A DNA stretch of 63,944 nucleotides, counting the filler, from Lama guanicoe (lineage: Eukaryota), in assembly GCA_013239625.1 (NCBI GenBank). It is 74 parts of 73 records of this genome, joined end to end, with 100 filler letters (N's around TTAATTAATTAA, not from the genome) between each part and the next. Parts side by side here need not be neighbours in the genome. Positions count along the whole stretch, not along the records: positions 47,789 to 48,347 come from PNXV01015912.1; positions 48,448 to 49,252 come from MU055724.1; positions 49,353 to 50,182 come from PNXV01015920.1; positions 50,283 to 51,447 come from MU055727.1; positions 51,548 to 51,934 come from MU055728.1; positions 52,035 to 53,116 come from MU055728.1; positions 53,217 to 53,927 come from MU055730.1; positions 54,028 to 54,806 come from PNXV01015949.1; 66 more parts are not named here. One strand, 5' to 3'. The translations under genes were made by a program, and so were the position numbers. This document shows, in pieces, positions 48,108 to 61,364 of this stretch. The notes under the pieces are model-generated. The model was not told the DNA's origin and searched no databases. It saw only the letters and a list, made by a program, of their open reading frames with translations. The stretch's first letter is position 1, and every line of letters begins with the position of its first letter.

Positions 48108-48347
48108 CTTGGAGCCGTCCCGACAGTCCCCGCGGCCCTGCGTCCTGCCACGCTCCGCCGGTGGGGCGGGGCCGGGCCACGGGATTGACAGCCGGAGGCA
48201 GCGGCTTCCGCCAATGGCTGCCTCGCTCGCCCGTTGGGCTCAAAGAGCCGCCACGGCTCTTGGAGTCACTGCGTTTTTCCCAGCGAGGGGCGGGGGTTTT
48301 GCACGGAGATCGGGAGGGCGGTTCGGGGGCGCTGTTGCAAGGCACGG
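48108..48347 (-). promoter_or_regulatory. HTT-like TATA-less CpG-island promoter
   Basis: CpG-rich; GC boxes GGGGCGGGG near 48163 and 48287; CCAAT at 48211; - strand ccattggc...ggctgtcaatc...gtggcccggccccgcc resembles the recalled human HTT proximal promoter. Confidence 0.7.
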
Positions 48348-48447
48348 NNNNNNNNNNNNNNNNNNNNNNNNNNNNNNNNNNNNNNNNNNNNTTAATTAAT
48401 TAANNNNNNNNNNNNNNNNNNNNNNNNNNNNNNNNNNNNNNNNNNNN

Positions 48448-49252
48448 TAGGCATTCCGGTAGAACGCACGCGCTGCCGACGGTTGGTGGAACCTCCGCAC
48501 GCTCAGGATTCCATAAACATTGTCAGTGCGTGGGGAGCTCGAGAGACAAATAAACGCAGCTCTCTTCAGTCACAGGTGTTCCCTGTTAGTGGAAGTCCGA
48601 GAAATATCTTCCCTGACCTTGGGGAGGCAGCCTCTGTCACTGGGATTTCCTGCAAACACCCCTAGCATTCCCTGGCACGGAGACAGTAGGAAAAACCTCA
48701 GGGGAGCCAGCTTAGGCATTCCGTTAGAACCCACGCGCTGCCGACCGTTGGTGGAATCTCCCCACTCACAGGATTCTGGAAAAATTGTCAGTGCTTGGGT
48801 GAGCTCGAGAGACAACTCCACGCAGCTCTCTTCAGTCACAGGTGTTCCCTGTTCGGGGAAGTCCCAGAAATACCTTCAGTACCTTCCCTGACCTTGGGTA
48901 GGCAGACTCTGTCACTGGGATTGCCTGCAAACCCCCTAGCATTCCCTGNNNNNNNNNNNNNNNNNNNNNNNNNNNNNNNNNNNNNNNNNNNNNNNNNNNN
49001 NNNNNNNTTGGTGGAACCTCCCCACGCTCAAGATTCTGAAGCATTGTCAGTGCGTGAGGGAGCTCGAGACACAACTCCGCGCAGCTGTCTTCAGTCACAA
49101 GTGTTCCCTGTTCGGCGAAGTCCGAGAAATACCTTCCCTGACCTTGGGGAGGCAGACTCTGTCACTGGGATTTACTGCAAACCCCCCTAGCGTTCCCTGG
49201 CAGAGAGAAAGTAGGAAAACACTCAGGGGAGACGAGCGTAGGCATTCCATTA
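48448..49252 (+). repeat. ~267-bp satellite family B
   Basis: Same unit as 36080-36941. Confidence 0.93.
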
Positions 49253-49352
49253 NNNNNNNNNNNNNNNNNNNNNNNNNNNNNNNNNNNNNNNNNNNNTTAA
49301 TTAATTAANNNNNNNNNNNNNNNNNNNNNNNNNNNNNNNNNNNNNNNNNNNN

Positions 49353-50182
49353 ATATTCTCTAAGTTATATTTTTTATTCTGTTTTCTACATTCAATAATC
49401 TTAATTATATATTCAGTGTTATATATCCTATATTCTATATTCTGTGTTCTACATTCAATTTTAAATTGTTTATTAAGTATTCTGTATACTATATTCTAAA
49501 TTCTCTGTTCTGCAATCCATGTTCTAAATTCTGGGTTCTGCTTTCCATTTTCCAAAATCTGGCTTCAATATTCTCTAAGTTATATTTTTTATTCTGTTTT
49601 CTACATTCTATATTCTAAATTCTATATTCAGCATTCTGTATTCTATATTATAAATTTTGTGTTCTACATTCTTATTGTAAAGTCTATAATCAATATTCTG
49701 TATTATATATTCTTAATTCTGTGTTCTGCATTCCATGTTCTAAACTCTATATTCAGTATTCTGTATTCTATATTCTAAATTCTGTGTTCTGCATTCCATG
49801 CTCTAAATTCTATATTCAGCATTCTGTTTTCTATATTCAATATTCTGTGTTCTACATTCTATATTCTAAATTCTATATTCAGTATTCCGTATGCTATTTC
49901 TAAATTCTGTGTTCTTCATTCCATGTTCTAATTTCTGGGTTCTATAATCAATATTCTATATATCTGTGTTCTACATCCTATATTCTAAACCCTTTATTCA
50001 GCTTTCTTTATTCTACATTATATATTCTGTTTCCTGCATTATATATTCAATATCCTACATTCAGTATACTGTATTTATTTTCGAAATTCTGTGGTCTGCA
50101 TTCCATGTTCTAAGTTCTGGCTTCTATATTCTTTATTCTATATTCTATAATTTGCGTACTTCATACTATATTCTACAAACTA
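49353..50182 (-). repeat. Heptamer satellite family A
   Basis: Tandem ATATTCT-type units. Confidence 0.95.
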
Positions 50183-50282
50183 NNNNNNNNNNNNNNNNNN
50201 NNNNNNNNNNNNNNNNNNNNNNNNNNTTAATTAATTAANNNNNNNNNNNNNNNNNNNNNNNNNNNNNNNNNNNNNNNNNNNN

Positions 50283-53116
50283 TTTAAACACCTCCACAAA
50301 CCATAGGGAGGTCATCGCCAATACTTGGTTTCGGACCCAAAGCACACTGTCCCCCGCACTCCCGCCTAGGCTTTCCATCAGGGAAGACAAGCAAAGGGAT
50401 TCAATTAGAACCCAGGCGCTGCTGTCCTTTGGAGGAACTACCCTGCACTCAGAATTCCAGAACACATTCTTAGGTGTGGGAGAGATGTGCAGCCAGACTC
50501 CACCCAGATGAATGGAGGAAAAGGTGTTCCGTTTAGGGGGAAGTCCTCTAAGTACTTCCTCNNNNNNNNNNNNNNNNNNNNNNNNNNNNNNNNNNNNNNN
50601 NNNNNNNNNNNNNNNNNNNNNNNNNNNNNNNNNNNNNNNNNNNNNNNNNNNNNNNNNNNNNNNNNNNNNNNNNNNNNNNNNNNNNNNNNNNNNNNNNNNN
50701 NNNNNNNNNNNNNNNNNNNNNNNNNNNNNNNNNNNNNNNNNNNNNNNNNNNNNNNNNNNNNNNNNNNNNNNNNNNNNNNNNNNNNNNNNNNNNNNNNNNN
50801 NNNNNNNNNNNNNNNNNNNNNNNNNNNNNNNNNNNNNNNNNNNNNNNNNNNNNNNNNNNNNNNNNNNNNNNNNNNNNNNNNNNNNNNNNNNNNNNNNNNN
50901 NNNNNNNNNNNNNNNNNNNNNNNNNNNNNNNNNGCTGCTGTCATTTGGAGCAGCCTCCCCACAACCAGGATACCTGAGCACGTCTCCCTGTGTGTGCTGG
51001 AAGTGGGGAAACAGATTCCACGCATCTTTATGGGGCACAGGTGTTCCAAGGTTGGGGAAGTAGTTTAAAACCCTCCACTACCCACAGAGATGCACTCGCT
51101 AATACTTGGCTTTAGAGCCCATCCCCCACCATCGCGTACTGCTGGGCCTAGGAAAACAGTTAGGGAAGTCAAGCTAAGGGATTCTATTAGAACCCAGCCG
51201 CTTCTGTCACCTGAATTTGCCAGCCCACACCCAGGATAGCAGAAAACTTCTTCATGTGTGTTCTGAATTTTTCAGGGGTCACAGTAATTCCCAAGTTGTG
51301 GGTTGTAGTTTAAACATCTCCACTGCCCATGGAGAGGCACACGCTAATACTTAGTTTTAGATCCCAAAACCCACTTCCAACCACACACTGGCCGAGGTAA
51401 ATCATCAGGGAAGACAAGCAAAGGGATTCTATTAAAACCAAGACGCTNNNNNNNNNNNNNNNNNNNNNNNNNNNNNNNNNNNNNNNNNNNNTTAATTAAT
51501 TAANNNNNNNNNNNNNNNNNNNNNNNNNNNNNNNNNNNNNNNNNNNNTAAGCGATGGTGGGGGATGGGCTCTAAAGCCAAGTATTTGCGAGTGCATTTCT
51601 TAGGGCAGTGGAGGGTTTTAAACTACATCCCCAACCTTGGAACACTTGTGCCCCATAAAGATGCGTGGAATCTGTTTCCCCACCTCCAGCACACACACGG
51701 AGACGTGCTCAGTTATCCTGATTGTGGGGAGGCTCCANNNNNNNNNNNNNNNNNNNNNNNNNNNNNNNNNNNNNNNNNNNNNNNNNNNNNNNNNNNNNNN
51801 NNNNNNNNGTGTTCTTGTAAGTGTGGGGAAGTTCCTCAAACTGACAGCAGCACCTGGATTCTATTAGTATCCCTTAGCTTCTGTTCCCTGAGTGTTCTTT
51901 TAGGCCAGGCCATGAGGGAAAGCTGGGGGGGGGGNNNNNNNNNNNNNNNNNNNNNNNNNNNNNNNNNNNNNNNNNNNNTTAATTAATTAANNNNNNNNNN
52001 NNNNNNNNNNNNNNNNNNNNNNNNNNNNNNNNNNCTAATTGAATCCTTTTCTTGTCTTCCCTGATGGAAAGCCTAGGCGGAAGTGCGGGGGACAGTGTGC
52101 TTTGGGCTCCGAAACCAAGTATTTGTGATGACCTCTCTATGGTTTGTGGAGGTGTTTAAACTACATCCCTAACCTGGGAACACCTGTGCCCCCATAAAGA
52201 TCCGTGGAGTCTGTTTCCACACCTCCAGCACACACACGAACACTTGCACAGTTATCCTGAGAGTGGGCAGCCTCCTCCAACTGAGAGCAGGGCCTTGGTT
52301 CTTATAAAATCGCTTAACTTGTCTACCCTGTTTGGTTGCCTGATACCGGGTGCTGGGGAAAGGGTGGGTTGGGCTCTAAATCCAAGTATTAACGAGTGCT
52401 TCTCCATGGGACTTGGAGATTATTAACCAAAACCCAAAACATGGCAATACCTGTGCTCATTGAAAAATGCGTGGACTCTGTATTCCCACCTCCAGAACAC
52501 ACATGAAGAAGTGTTCTGGTATCCTGAGTGTGGGCTGGCAATTTCAGGTGACAGAAGCGGCTGGGTTCTAATAGAATCCCTTAGCTTGTAATCCCTGAGT
52601 GTTTCCCTAGGACTGACTCTGAGAGAAACCTGGGGGTTGGGCTTTGAGGCCAAATAGTAGCGAGTGCCCCCCGATGACCTGAGGAAGTATTNNNNNNNNN
52701 NNNNNNNNNNNNNNNNNNNNNNNNNNNNNNNNNNNNNNNNNNNNNNNNNNNNNNNNNNNNNNNNNNNNNNNNNNNNNNNNNNNNNNNNNNNNNNNNNNNN
52801 NNNNNNNNNNNNNNNNNNNNNNNNNNNNNNNNNNNNNNNNNNNNNNNNNNNNNNNNNNNNNNNNNNNNNNNNNNNNNNNNNNNNNNNNNNNNNNNNNNNN
52901 NNNNNNNNNNNNNNNNGAAAGTGGAATTTGGGCTCTAAAACTAAGTATTAGCGTGTGCCTCTCCATGGGCAGTGGAGATGTTTAATCTACATCCCACAAC
53001 TTGGGAATTACTGTGATCCCTGAAAAATGCATGTTCTTTATTTCCTCACCTCAGCACACACACGAATTTTTCTGGTATCCTGAGTGTTGGGAGGCTCCTG
53101 CAACTGACAATAGCAG
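50283..53116. repeat. ~267-bp satellite family C (three scaffolds; 50283-51447 on +, 51548-53116 on -)
   Basis: Recurring cacaggtgttcc, ttagaaccca.gcgctgctgtc and ccccacactcaggat motifs; adjacent monomers are divergent. Confidence 0.88.
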
Positions 53117-53216
53117 NNNNNNNNNNNNNNNNNNNNNNNNNNNNNNNNNNNNNNNNNNNNTTAATTAATTAANNNNNNNNNNNNNNNNNNNNNNNNNNNN
53201 NNNNNNNNNNNNNNNN

Positions 53217-53927
53217 AATCTAGATGAAATTGATAAATTCCTAGAAGGACATAAATGACTGAAGCCTATTCAAAGAGAAATAGAAAACTCAAATAATCCT
53301 ACAGTAAGTAGTGACTGAAATAGCAATCCAAAACATTCACACAAAGAAATGCTAGGCCCGTATGGCTTTGCTGGTGAATTCCATCAACTACTAAAAGAAT
53401 AAACAAAAACAAAAACAAACAAAAAATGCTTCACAAATTCGTCTGAAAATAAAGAGGTGGNNNNNNNNNNNNNNNNNNNNNNNNNNNNNNNNNNNNNNNN
53501 NNNNNNNNNNNNNNNNNNNNNNNNNNNNNNNNNNNNNNNNNNNNNNNNNNNNNNNNNNNNNNNNNNNNNNNNNNNNNNNNNNNNNNNNNNNNNNNNNNNN
53601 NNNNNNNNNNNNNNNNNNNNNNNNNNNNNNNNNNNNNNNNNNNNNNNNNNNNNNNNNNNNNNNNNNNNNNNNNNNNNNNNNNNNNNNNNNNNNNNNNNNN
53701 NNNNNNNNNNNNNNNNNNNNNNNNNNNNNNNNNTGGATAAAAACTAGGAATAGAAGAGAACTTCCTCAACTTGACAAAGAACATCTATGAAAAACCTGAA
53801 GCAAAGATCATACATAATGCAGAAGCACTGAATTATTCCCTCCCAAAATCAATATTGTACTAGAGGTTCTAGTCAAAGCAATCAAAGAAAATAAAGCCTC
53901 TAGATTAGAAAGAAAGAAATAAAACTG
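53217..53927 (+). mobile_element. Old LINE-1 ORF2 fragment
   Basis: ctagatgaaattgataaattcctagaa; ggctttgctggtgaattc; aaactaggaatagaagagaacttcctcaac. Confidence 0.85.
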
Positions 53928-54027
53928 NNNNNNNNNNNNNNNNNNNNNNNNNNNNNNNNNNNNNNNNNNNNTTAATTAATTAANNNNNNNNNNNNNNNNN
54001 NNNNNNNNNNNNNNNNNNNNNNNNNNN

Positions 54028-54806
54028 TAGTGCAATTCCTGTTATGAAGCTGTAATATTTCCAACAGAAGCAGAAACAAAATAACTCTAAGTTTTACATG
54101 AAACCATTAAAATTGTCAAAATGATCTTGAGAAAAAACAACAAATCTGGAGGTATAAACTTCCTGGATTCCTTACTATACTACAAACTACAGTAATAAAA
54201 ACAGCATGACATTGGCACAGAGATATAATCAATAAAATCAGATAGAGAGCCTAGGAATAATTCCACACACCTATGAGCAATGAATCAATGATAAAATAGG
54301 CAAGAGTACACAATGGAGAAAAGACAGTCTTGTCAATGGATGGTTTTTGGAAAGCTGGATATCTGTACATCTACATGTAAAACAGTGAAATGAGAGCGTT
54401 CCCTGACATATATAAAAATAAACTCCAAGTTTTTTAAGGACCTAAATGTAAGTCCTGACACCATAAAACTTCTAGAAGGTGATATATGTGATACACTATT
54501 GGATATATATCGTAGGAATAATTTCTTGTATCAGTCTCCTAAGGCAAAAGAAATAAAAGCAAAGATAAGCAAGTGAGACCTAAATAAACTTGAAAACTTC
54601 TGCACACCTAAGGACACTTTGAACGAAATGAAAACACTGCCTAAGTAATTGGAGAACATATTTGCAAAAAATGCAATTGACCAGGGTGAAATAGATGTAA
54701 GTTAATAGATGTAATATGGATTTAATTTGCACAACTCAATGTGAAAGACAAAAACCAAATCAAAAAATAGCAGAGTACCTGAGTTAATATTTTTCCAAAG
54801 AAAACA
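54028..54806 (+). mobile_element. Decayed LINE-1 ORF2 3' half
   Basis: tactacaaactacagtaataaaaacagcatg; gacctaaatgtaag.cctga.accataaaacttctagaa; start overlaps 42414-42589. Confidence 0.9.
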
Positions 54807-55748
54807 NNNNNNNNNNNNNNNNNNNNNNNNNNNNNNNNNNNNNNNNNNNNTTAATTAATTAANNNNNNNNNNNNNNNNNNNNNNNNNNNNNNNNNNNNNN
54901 NNNNNNGGGGGTCTCACCCAGGGGATCATGGGGAGCATGGGCAGGGAGCATGGAGCCAGCGCAGCCTTCTGCCCGCAGGGCACTGGGAGTGGGGCCAGCC
55001 TGGCCTGCCTGGGACTTGGGTAGGGACCTCAGGCCCCTGTTGGAGCCCTTGCCTCTCTGGGCCAGCCCGTTGGTGATTCAGAGGAGACAGGACAGCAGGG
55101 GCACCCTGGAAAGGGAGGTGGAAGAAACCCTGGGTTTTCCCTGTTGGTGACTCGAGGTGCGGGCGGTGGAGGAGACACAGTCAGGCGGAGGGGAGAGGAG
55201 AGCTGGGGAGCTGGCACTTGAGGGGCAGAGCTGCTAGGAAGAGACAGTCACCTGAGCAGCCCTACACCTGCAGCTTGGCTTGAGGCCGCAGGGCACCCCG
55301 CCCGCTGGTGCAGAGCACTGTTCCCTCCAATCTAAAGGGCACAGGCTTGGACGGAGCCGGGCTGGGTTGCTCCCACCCCCAGCTGCTGTCAGCTGCATGT
55401 CCCGGGCTCACCATTCTCTGAGCAGTTTTCCTCATATATATATATAACTATTCGAAATTCAGAAGGGAATCTGTTAATGTTAATCTTTTCAAGCAGAATC
55501 AATAGATTTGTGCATTTCATAATTTCATTTATTTATTTATTTATGTATTTTATGTATGTATTTATTTATCATTAGCTCTTTTTGTACATTATAGAGGTCT
55601 TTTATGAAACAGTTTTTCCAATGACAAAGATACATTTATTTGAAATGCNNNNNNNNNNNNNNNNNNNNNNNNNNNNNNNNNNNNNNNNNNNNTTAATTAA
55701 TTAANNNNNNNNNNNNNNNNNNNNNNNNNNNNNNNNNNNNNNNNNNNN

Positions 55749-57273
55749 AATGAATATAGAATTTAGAATATAGAATGAAGAACACAGAATTTAGAAACAG
55801 TGTAAAGAACACAGAATATAGAATTTAGAATATAGAATGTAGAACACAGAATATAGAATATAGAATACGGAATGAAGAATATAGAATACAGAATATAGAA
55901 TGTTGAACACAGAATATAGAAATAANNNNNNNNNNNNNNNNNNNNNNNNNNNNNNNNNNNNNNNNNNNNNNNNNNNNNNNNNNNNNNNNNNNNNNNNNNN
56001 NNNNNNNNNNNNNNNNNNNNNNNNNNNNNNNNNNNNNNNNNNNNNNNNNNNNNNNNNNNNNNNNNNNNNNNNNNNNNNNNNNNNNNNNNNNNNNNNNNNN
56101 NNNNNNNNNNNNNNNNNNNNNNNNNNNNNNNNNNNNNNNNNNNNNNNNNNNNNNNNNNNNNNNNNNNNNNNNNNNNNNNNNNNNNNNNNNNNNNNNNNNN
56201 NNNNNNNNNNNNNNNNNNNNNNNNNNNNNNNNNNNNNNNNNNNNNNNNNNNNNNNNNNNNNNNNNNNNNNNNNNNNNNNNNNNNNNNNNNNNNNNNNNNN
56301 NNNNNNNNNNNNNNNNNNNNNNNNNNNNNNNNNNNNNNNNNNNNNNNNNNNNNNNNNNNNNNNNNNNNNNNNNNNNNNNNNNNNNNNNNNNNNNNNNNNN
56401 NNNNNNNNNNNNNNNNNNNNNNNNNNNNNNNNNNNNNNNNNNNNNNNNNNNNNACAGAATATAGAATGTAGAATACGGAATATACATTATGGTAAATAGA
56501 ATACCGAACCCAGAATTTAGAAAATGGAATTAAGAACACAGAATTTAGAATATAGAATACAGAATACTGAATATCGAATTTAGAATATAAACGCAGAACA
56601 CAGAATATAGAATATAGAATACGGAATGCAGAATATAGAACACAGAATATAGAATGTAGAATACGGAATATACATTATGGTAAATAGAATACCGAACCCA
56701 GAATTTAGAAAATGGAATTAAGAACACAGAATTTAGAATATAGAATACAGAATACTGAATATCGAATTTAGAATATAAACGCAGAACACAGAATATAGAA
56801 TATAGAATACGGAATGTAGAATATAGAATAGAGAATATAGAATATTGAACACAGAATATAGAAATAAGAAAACAGAAAACAGAACCCAGAATTTAGAAAA
56901 TACAATTCAGAGCACAGAATTTAAAATATAGAATACAGAATACTGAATATAAAATTTAGAATATAGAATGTAGAACACAGAATATGGAATGTAGAATACG
57001 GAATGCAGAATATTGAATACAGAATATAGAATANNNNNNNNNNNNNNNNNNNNNNNNNNNNNNNNNNNNNNNNNNNNNNNNNNNNNNNNNNNNNNNNNNN
57101 NNNNNNNNNNNNNNNNNNNNNNNNNNNNNNNNNNNNNNNNNNNNNNNNNNNNNNNNNNNNNNNNNNNNNNNNNNNNNNNNNNNNNNNNNNNNNNNNNNNN
57201 NNNNNNNNNNNNNNTTATAGAATATACAACACACAATATAGAATATAGAATAGAGAATACAGAACCCAGAATT
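55749..57273 (+). repeat. Heptamer satellite family A with a 188-bp duplication
   Basis: tacattatgg at 56483 and 56671. Confidence 0.95.
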
Positions 57274-57373
57274 NNNNNNNNNNNNNNNNNNNNNNNNNNN
57301 NNNNNNNNNNNNNNNNNTTAATTAATTAANNNNNNNNNNNNNNNNNNNNNNNNNNNNNNNNNNNNNNNNNNNN

Positions 57374-58147
57374 CACAGGTGTTCCAAGGTTGGGGAAGAA
57401 GTTTCAAATCCTCCACTGCTCAATGAGATGCACTCGCTTATTCTTGGCTTTAGAGCCCATTCCCAACCATCGCTCACTGCTAGGTCTAGGAAAAAACTTA
57501 GGGAAGTCAAGCTGAGGTATTCTATTAGAACGCAGGCGCTGCTGTCAGTTGGAGGAGACTCCCCACACTCAGGATACCTGAACAAGTCTTTGTGTGTGTG
57601 CTGTTGTTGGAGATACATAGTCCACGCAACTTTATGGGGGCACAGGTGTTCCCAGGGAGGGAATGTACTTTAAACACCTCCACTGCCCATAGAGAGGCAC
57701 TCCCTGTTACTTGGTTTTAGAGCCCAAACCCCATGTTCTCTCCCATCCGGTCCTTGGAAAACACTCAGGGAAGATAACCTAAGGGAACCTATTAGATCCC
57801 AGATGCTGCTGTCAGTGGGAGGTGCCTCCCCACACTCAGGATACCAGAACAATTCTTCATGTGTGTGCTGGAGGTGGGGAAACAGAGAAGAGTCCACGCA
57901 TTTTTTAAGGAGCACAGTTATTCCCAGGTTGTGGGATTTTGGTGAATAATTTCCTCTTCCCAAGGAGAAGCACTCGCTAATACTTGGATTTACAGCCAAA
58001 CCCCCAATTTCCCCGCACACCTCCCTTCTGAAGCCATTATTGAAGACAAGTAAATGTACTGTATTAAAACCCAGGCTGTGCTGTTAGTTGGAGGAACTTC
58101 CCCACACTCAAAACATCTGAGCCATATATCGTGTGTGTGCTGGAGGA
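57374..58147 (+). repeat. ~267-bp satellite family C
   Basis: cacag(g/t)t(g/a)ttcc anchors at 57374, 57641 and 57913. Confidence 0.9.
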
Positions 58148-58247
58148 NNNNNNNNNNNNNNNNNNNNNNNNNNNNNNNNNNNNNNNNNNNNTTAATTAAT
58201 TAANNNNNNNNNNNNNNNNNNNNNNNNNNNNNNNNNNNNNNNNNNNN

Positions 58248-59032
58248 TGAGTTTACCCATTCTACTTGGCTCTTCTTTATAGCTTCAATTTCATTTGTGA
58301 CATATTTTATATCTCTAAGCACTATCTCCTTTAATTCCTTCTGCAATTTGATCACTCCTTTTTTGAAATCTTGATCTAGTAGTCTATCGATGTCTATTTC
58401 ATTGATCTTTCTTTCAGGGGATTCCTCTTGTTCTTTTCATTGGGAAAGGTTTCTCTGCTTCTTCATCTTGCTCATACCTCTCTGGCACTGTGGTTTATGG
58501 AGAGGTTTATGGAGTATCAGTTGTCTATTTTGAATCTTAAGAATTTTATCTATCTAATGCCTATTTAGGAATAGAACTTAGGAAATAAAAGAAAAAAGAA
58601 GAAAAATAAGAGAGAGAAAGATTTTTAAAAGAAGGGAGAAAGAGGGTTTGAATACAGTGTATAATGAATAATAGAAGAGCTAGTTGAAGCAGAGTATTAA
58701 TCGGGTGAAGACGTCCTTTTAAAACCTTTAAAAAAAAAGGGGGAGTGGGGGGACGAATAGATGTATTTGAAACCTGTGTCTAATCAATAACAGGACATCA
58801 AAACCAAAGAGAAATAGAAATGAATTAAGAAGTAAAAATTAAGAGAGTAATTGAAAATAGAACAGGTAAAAACAGATTTAAAAAATAAATAAATAAAAGG
58901 GGGTTGTCGGTGTTCTCTTGGTGTCTGTGTGCTTTTAATGTAAAGTCCTCCTGTCTTTGTCCTGTTTTGGAAGCTCAGCTTGCTTTCATAAGCCCTCCGT
59001 TGGCGCCCTCTTCTGTGCTGCTCCCAGCACCT
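58248..59032 (-). mobile_element. LINE-1 5'UTR and ORF1 N-terminus, antisense, with premature stop
   Basis: From the ATG at 58475: MSKMKKQRNLSQ*KEQEESPERKINEIDIDRLLDQDFKKGVIKLQKELKE; preceded by a T-rich 5'UTR tract. Confidence 0.85.
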
Positions 59033-59132
59033 NNNNNNNNNNNNNNNNNNNNNNNNNNNNNNNNNNNNNNNNNNNNTTAATTAATTAANNNNNNNNNNNN
59101 NNNNNNNNNNNNNNNNNNNNNNNNNNNNNNNN

Positions 59133-60347
59133 GAATATAGAATACAGAATGCTGAATATAGAATTTAGAATATAGAATCTAAGACACAGAATATAGAAAA
59201 TAGAAAATAGAATATAGAACCCAGAATTTAGAACATGGATTGCAGAACACAGAATTTAGAATATAGTATACAGAATACTTAATAAACAAATAAAAAATTA
59301 AATGCAGAACACATAATACAGAATATAGGATACATAATACTGAATATATAATTTAGAATATAGAATGTAGAAAACTGAATAAAAAATATAACTTAGAGAA
59401 GATAGAAGTCAGATTTTGGAAAATGGAAAGCTGAACACAGAATTTAGAATATAGAATACAGAATACTGAATATAAAATTTAGAATATAGAATGTAGAACA
59501 CAGAATTTAGAATATAGAATAAAGAATACTGAATGAAGAATTTAGAAAATAGGATGTTGAACACAGAACATAGAATGTAGAATACAGAATATAGAATTCA
59601 GAATTTAGAACATGCTATGCAGAACACAGAATTAAGAATATAGATTACATAATACTGAATATAGAATTTAGAATATAGAATGTAGAACACAGAATTTACA
59701 ATATAGATTACAGAAAGCTGACTATAGAATTNNNNNNNNNNNNNNNNNNNNNNNNNNNNNNNNNNNNNNNNNNNNNNNNNNNNNNNNNNNNNNNNNNNNN
59801 NNNNNNNNNNNNNNNNNNNNNNNNNNNNNNNNNNNNNNNNNNNNNNNNNNNNNNNNNNNNNNNNNNNNNNNNNNNNNNNNNNNNNNNNNNNNNNNNNNNN
59901 NNNNNNNNNNNNNNNNNNNNNNNNNNNNNNNNNNNNNNNNNNNNNNNNNNNNNNNNNNNNNNNNNNNNNNNNNNNNNNATAGAATACACTGAATATAGTG
60001 TTTAGAACATGGAATGCAGAACACAGAATTTACAATATAGAATACAGAATACTGAATATAGACTTTACAATATACAATGTAGAACACAGAATATAGAATA
60101 AAGAATAGAGAACCCAGAATTTTGAACATGGAAAGCAGAACACAGTATTTAGATTATAGAATACATAATACTGCATATAGAATTTAGAATATAGAATGTA
60201 GAACACAAAATTTAGAATATAGAATACAGAATGCTGAATATAGAATTTAGAATATTGAATGCAGAACACAGAATATAGAAGATAAAAAAGAGGATATTGA
60301 ACCCAGAATTTAGAACATGGATTACAGAACACAGAATTTAGAATATA
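59133..60347 (+). repeat. Heptamer satellite family A
   Basis: Tandem AGAATAT-type units. Confidence 0.95.
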
Positions 60348-60447
60348 NNNNNNNNNNNNNNNNNNNNNNNNNNNNNNNNNNNNNNNNNNNNTTAATTAAT
60401 TAANNNNNNNNNNNNNNNNNNNNNNNNNNNNNNNNNNNNNNNNNNNN

Positions 60448-61264
60448 AATCCTCTTAGAATTAATAACCCAGTCTGACCAAATTTGTAAGACACAAATCA
60501 ATATATAAAAAGTAATTATATTTCTATCCAACAGCAGTGAATAATCTAAAAATAAAATGAAGGAAACCTTTTCATTTACAATAGCATCAAAATGAATAAA
60601 ATAATTAGTAATATTAAGAAAAATATGTGGAATACTGAGAAAAATATCTGAAACTTGTATATTGAAAACTAAAATACTACTGATAGAAGTTAAAAATGAC
60701 CTAAAATAAATGGAAAGCTNNNNNNNNNNNNNNNNNNNNNNNNNNNNNNNNNNNNNNNNNNNNNNNNNNNNNNNNNNNNNNNNNNNNNNNNNNNNNNNNN
60801 NNNNNNNNGCAGCTCTGGCTTTTTGGCAGAAATGAACAAGCTGATCCTAAAACTAATATGGAAATGCAAGATACCCAAAATAGTCAAAACAATCTTGAAA
60901 AAGAACAAAGTTTTGAAGTTTCCAAATTCAAAACTCACTAACAAAACTGTGATCCATACAGTGTGGTACTTGCTGAAAGGACAGAAAAATAGATTGAGAG
61001 AAAAGAACTAAGAGACCATAAACAAAGTCTTACATGCAGCCATTTAATTTTTGACAAAGGTGCCATGACAATCCAAAGGGGGAAAAAATAATCTTTACAA
61101 AAATGATGCTGGGACACCTGTACTTACACCTGGAAAGAAAGAAAACTGAACTTTTATCTTAACACCATTTATGAAAATTAACTCAAAATAAATCATAGAC
61201 TTGAAAGTATAAAATATTTAGAAAATGAACAATGAGAAAATCTTCAGGACTTTGGATTACAAAT
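60448..61264 (+). mobile_element. Old LINE-1 ORF2 fragment
   Basis: AEMNKLILKLIWKCKIPKIVKTILKKNKV...TVWY. Confidence 0.88.
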
Positions 61265-61364
61265 NNNNNNNNNNNNNNNNNNNNNNNNNNNNNNNNNNNN
61301 NNNNNNNNTTAATTAATTAANNNNNNNNNNNNNNNNNNNNNNNNNNNNNNNNNNNNNNNNNNNN

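Noticed and set aside
47737..48403. Overlapping 150-200-aa ORFs on both strands around the HTT-like exon
   Set aside because: Expected in a GC-rich CpG island; only the frame starting at 47981 and the uORF have recognisable homology.
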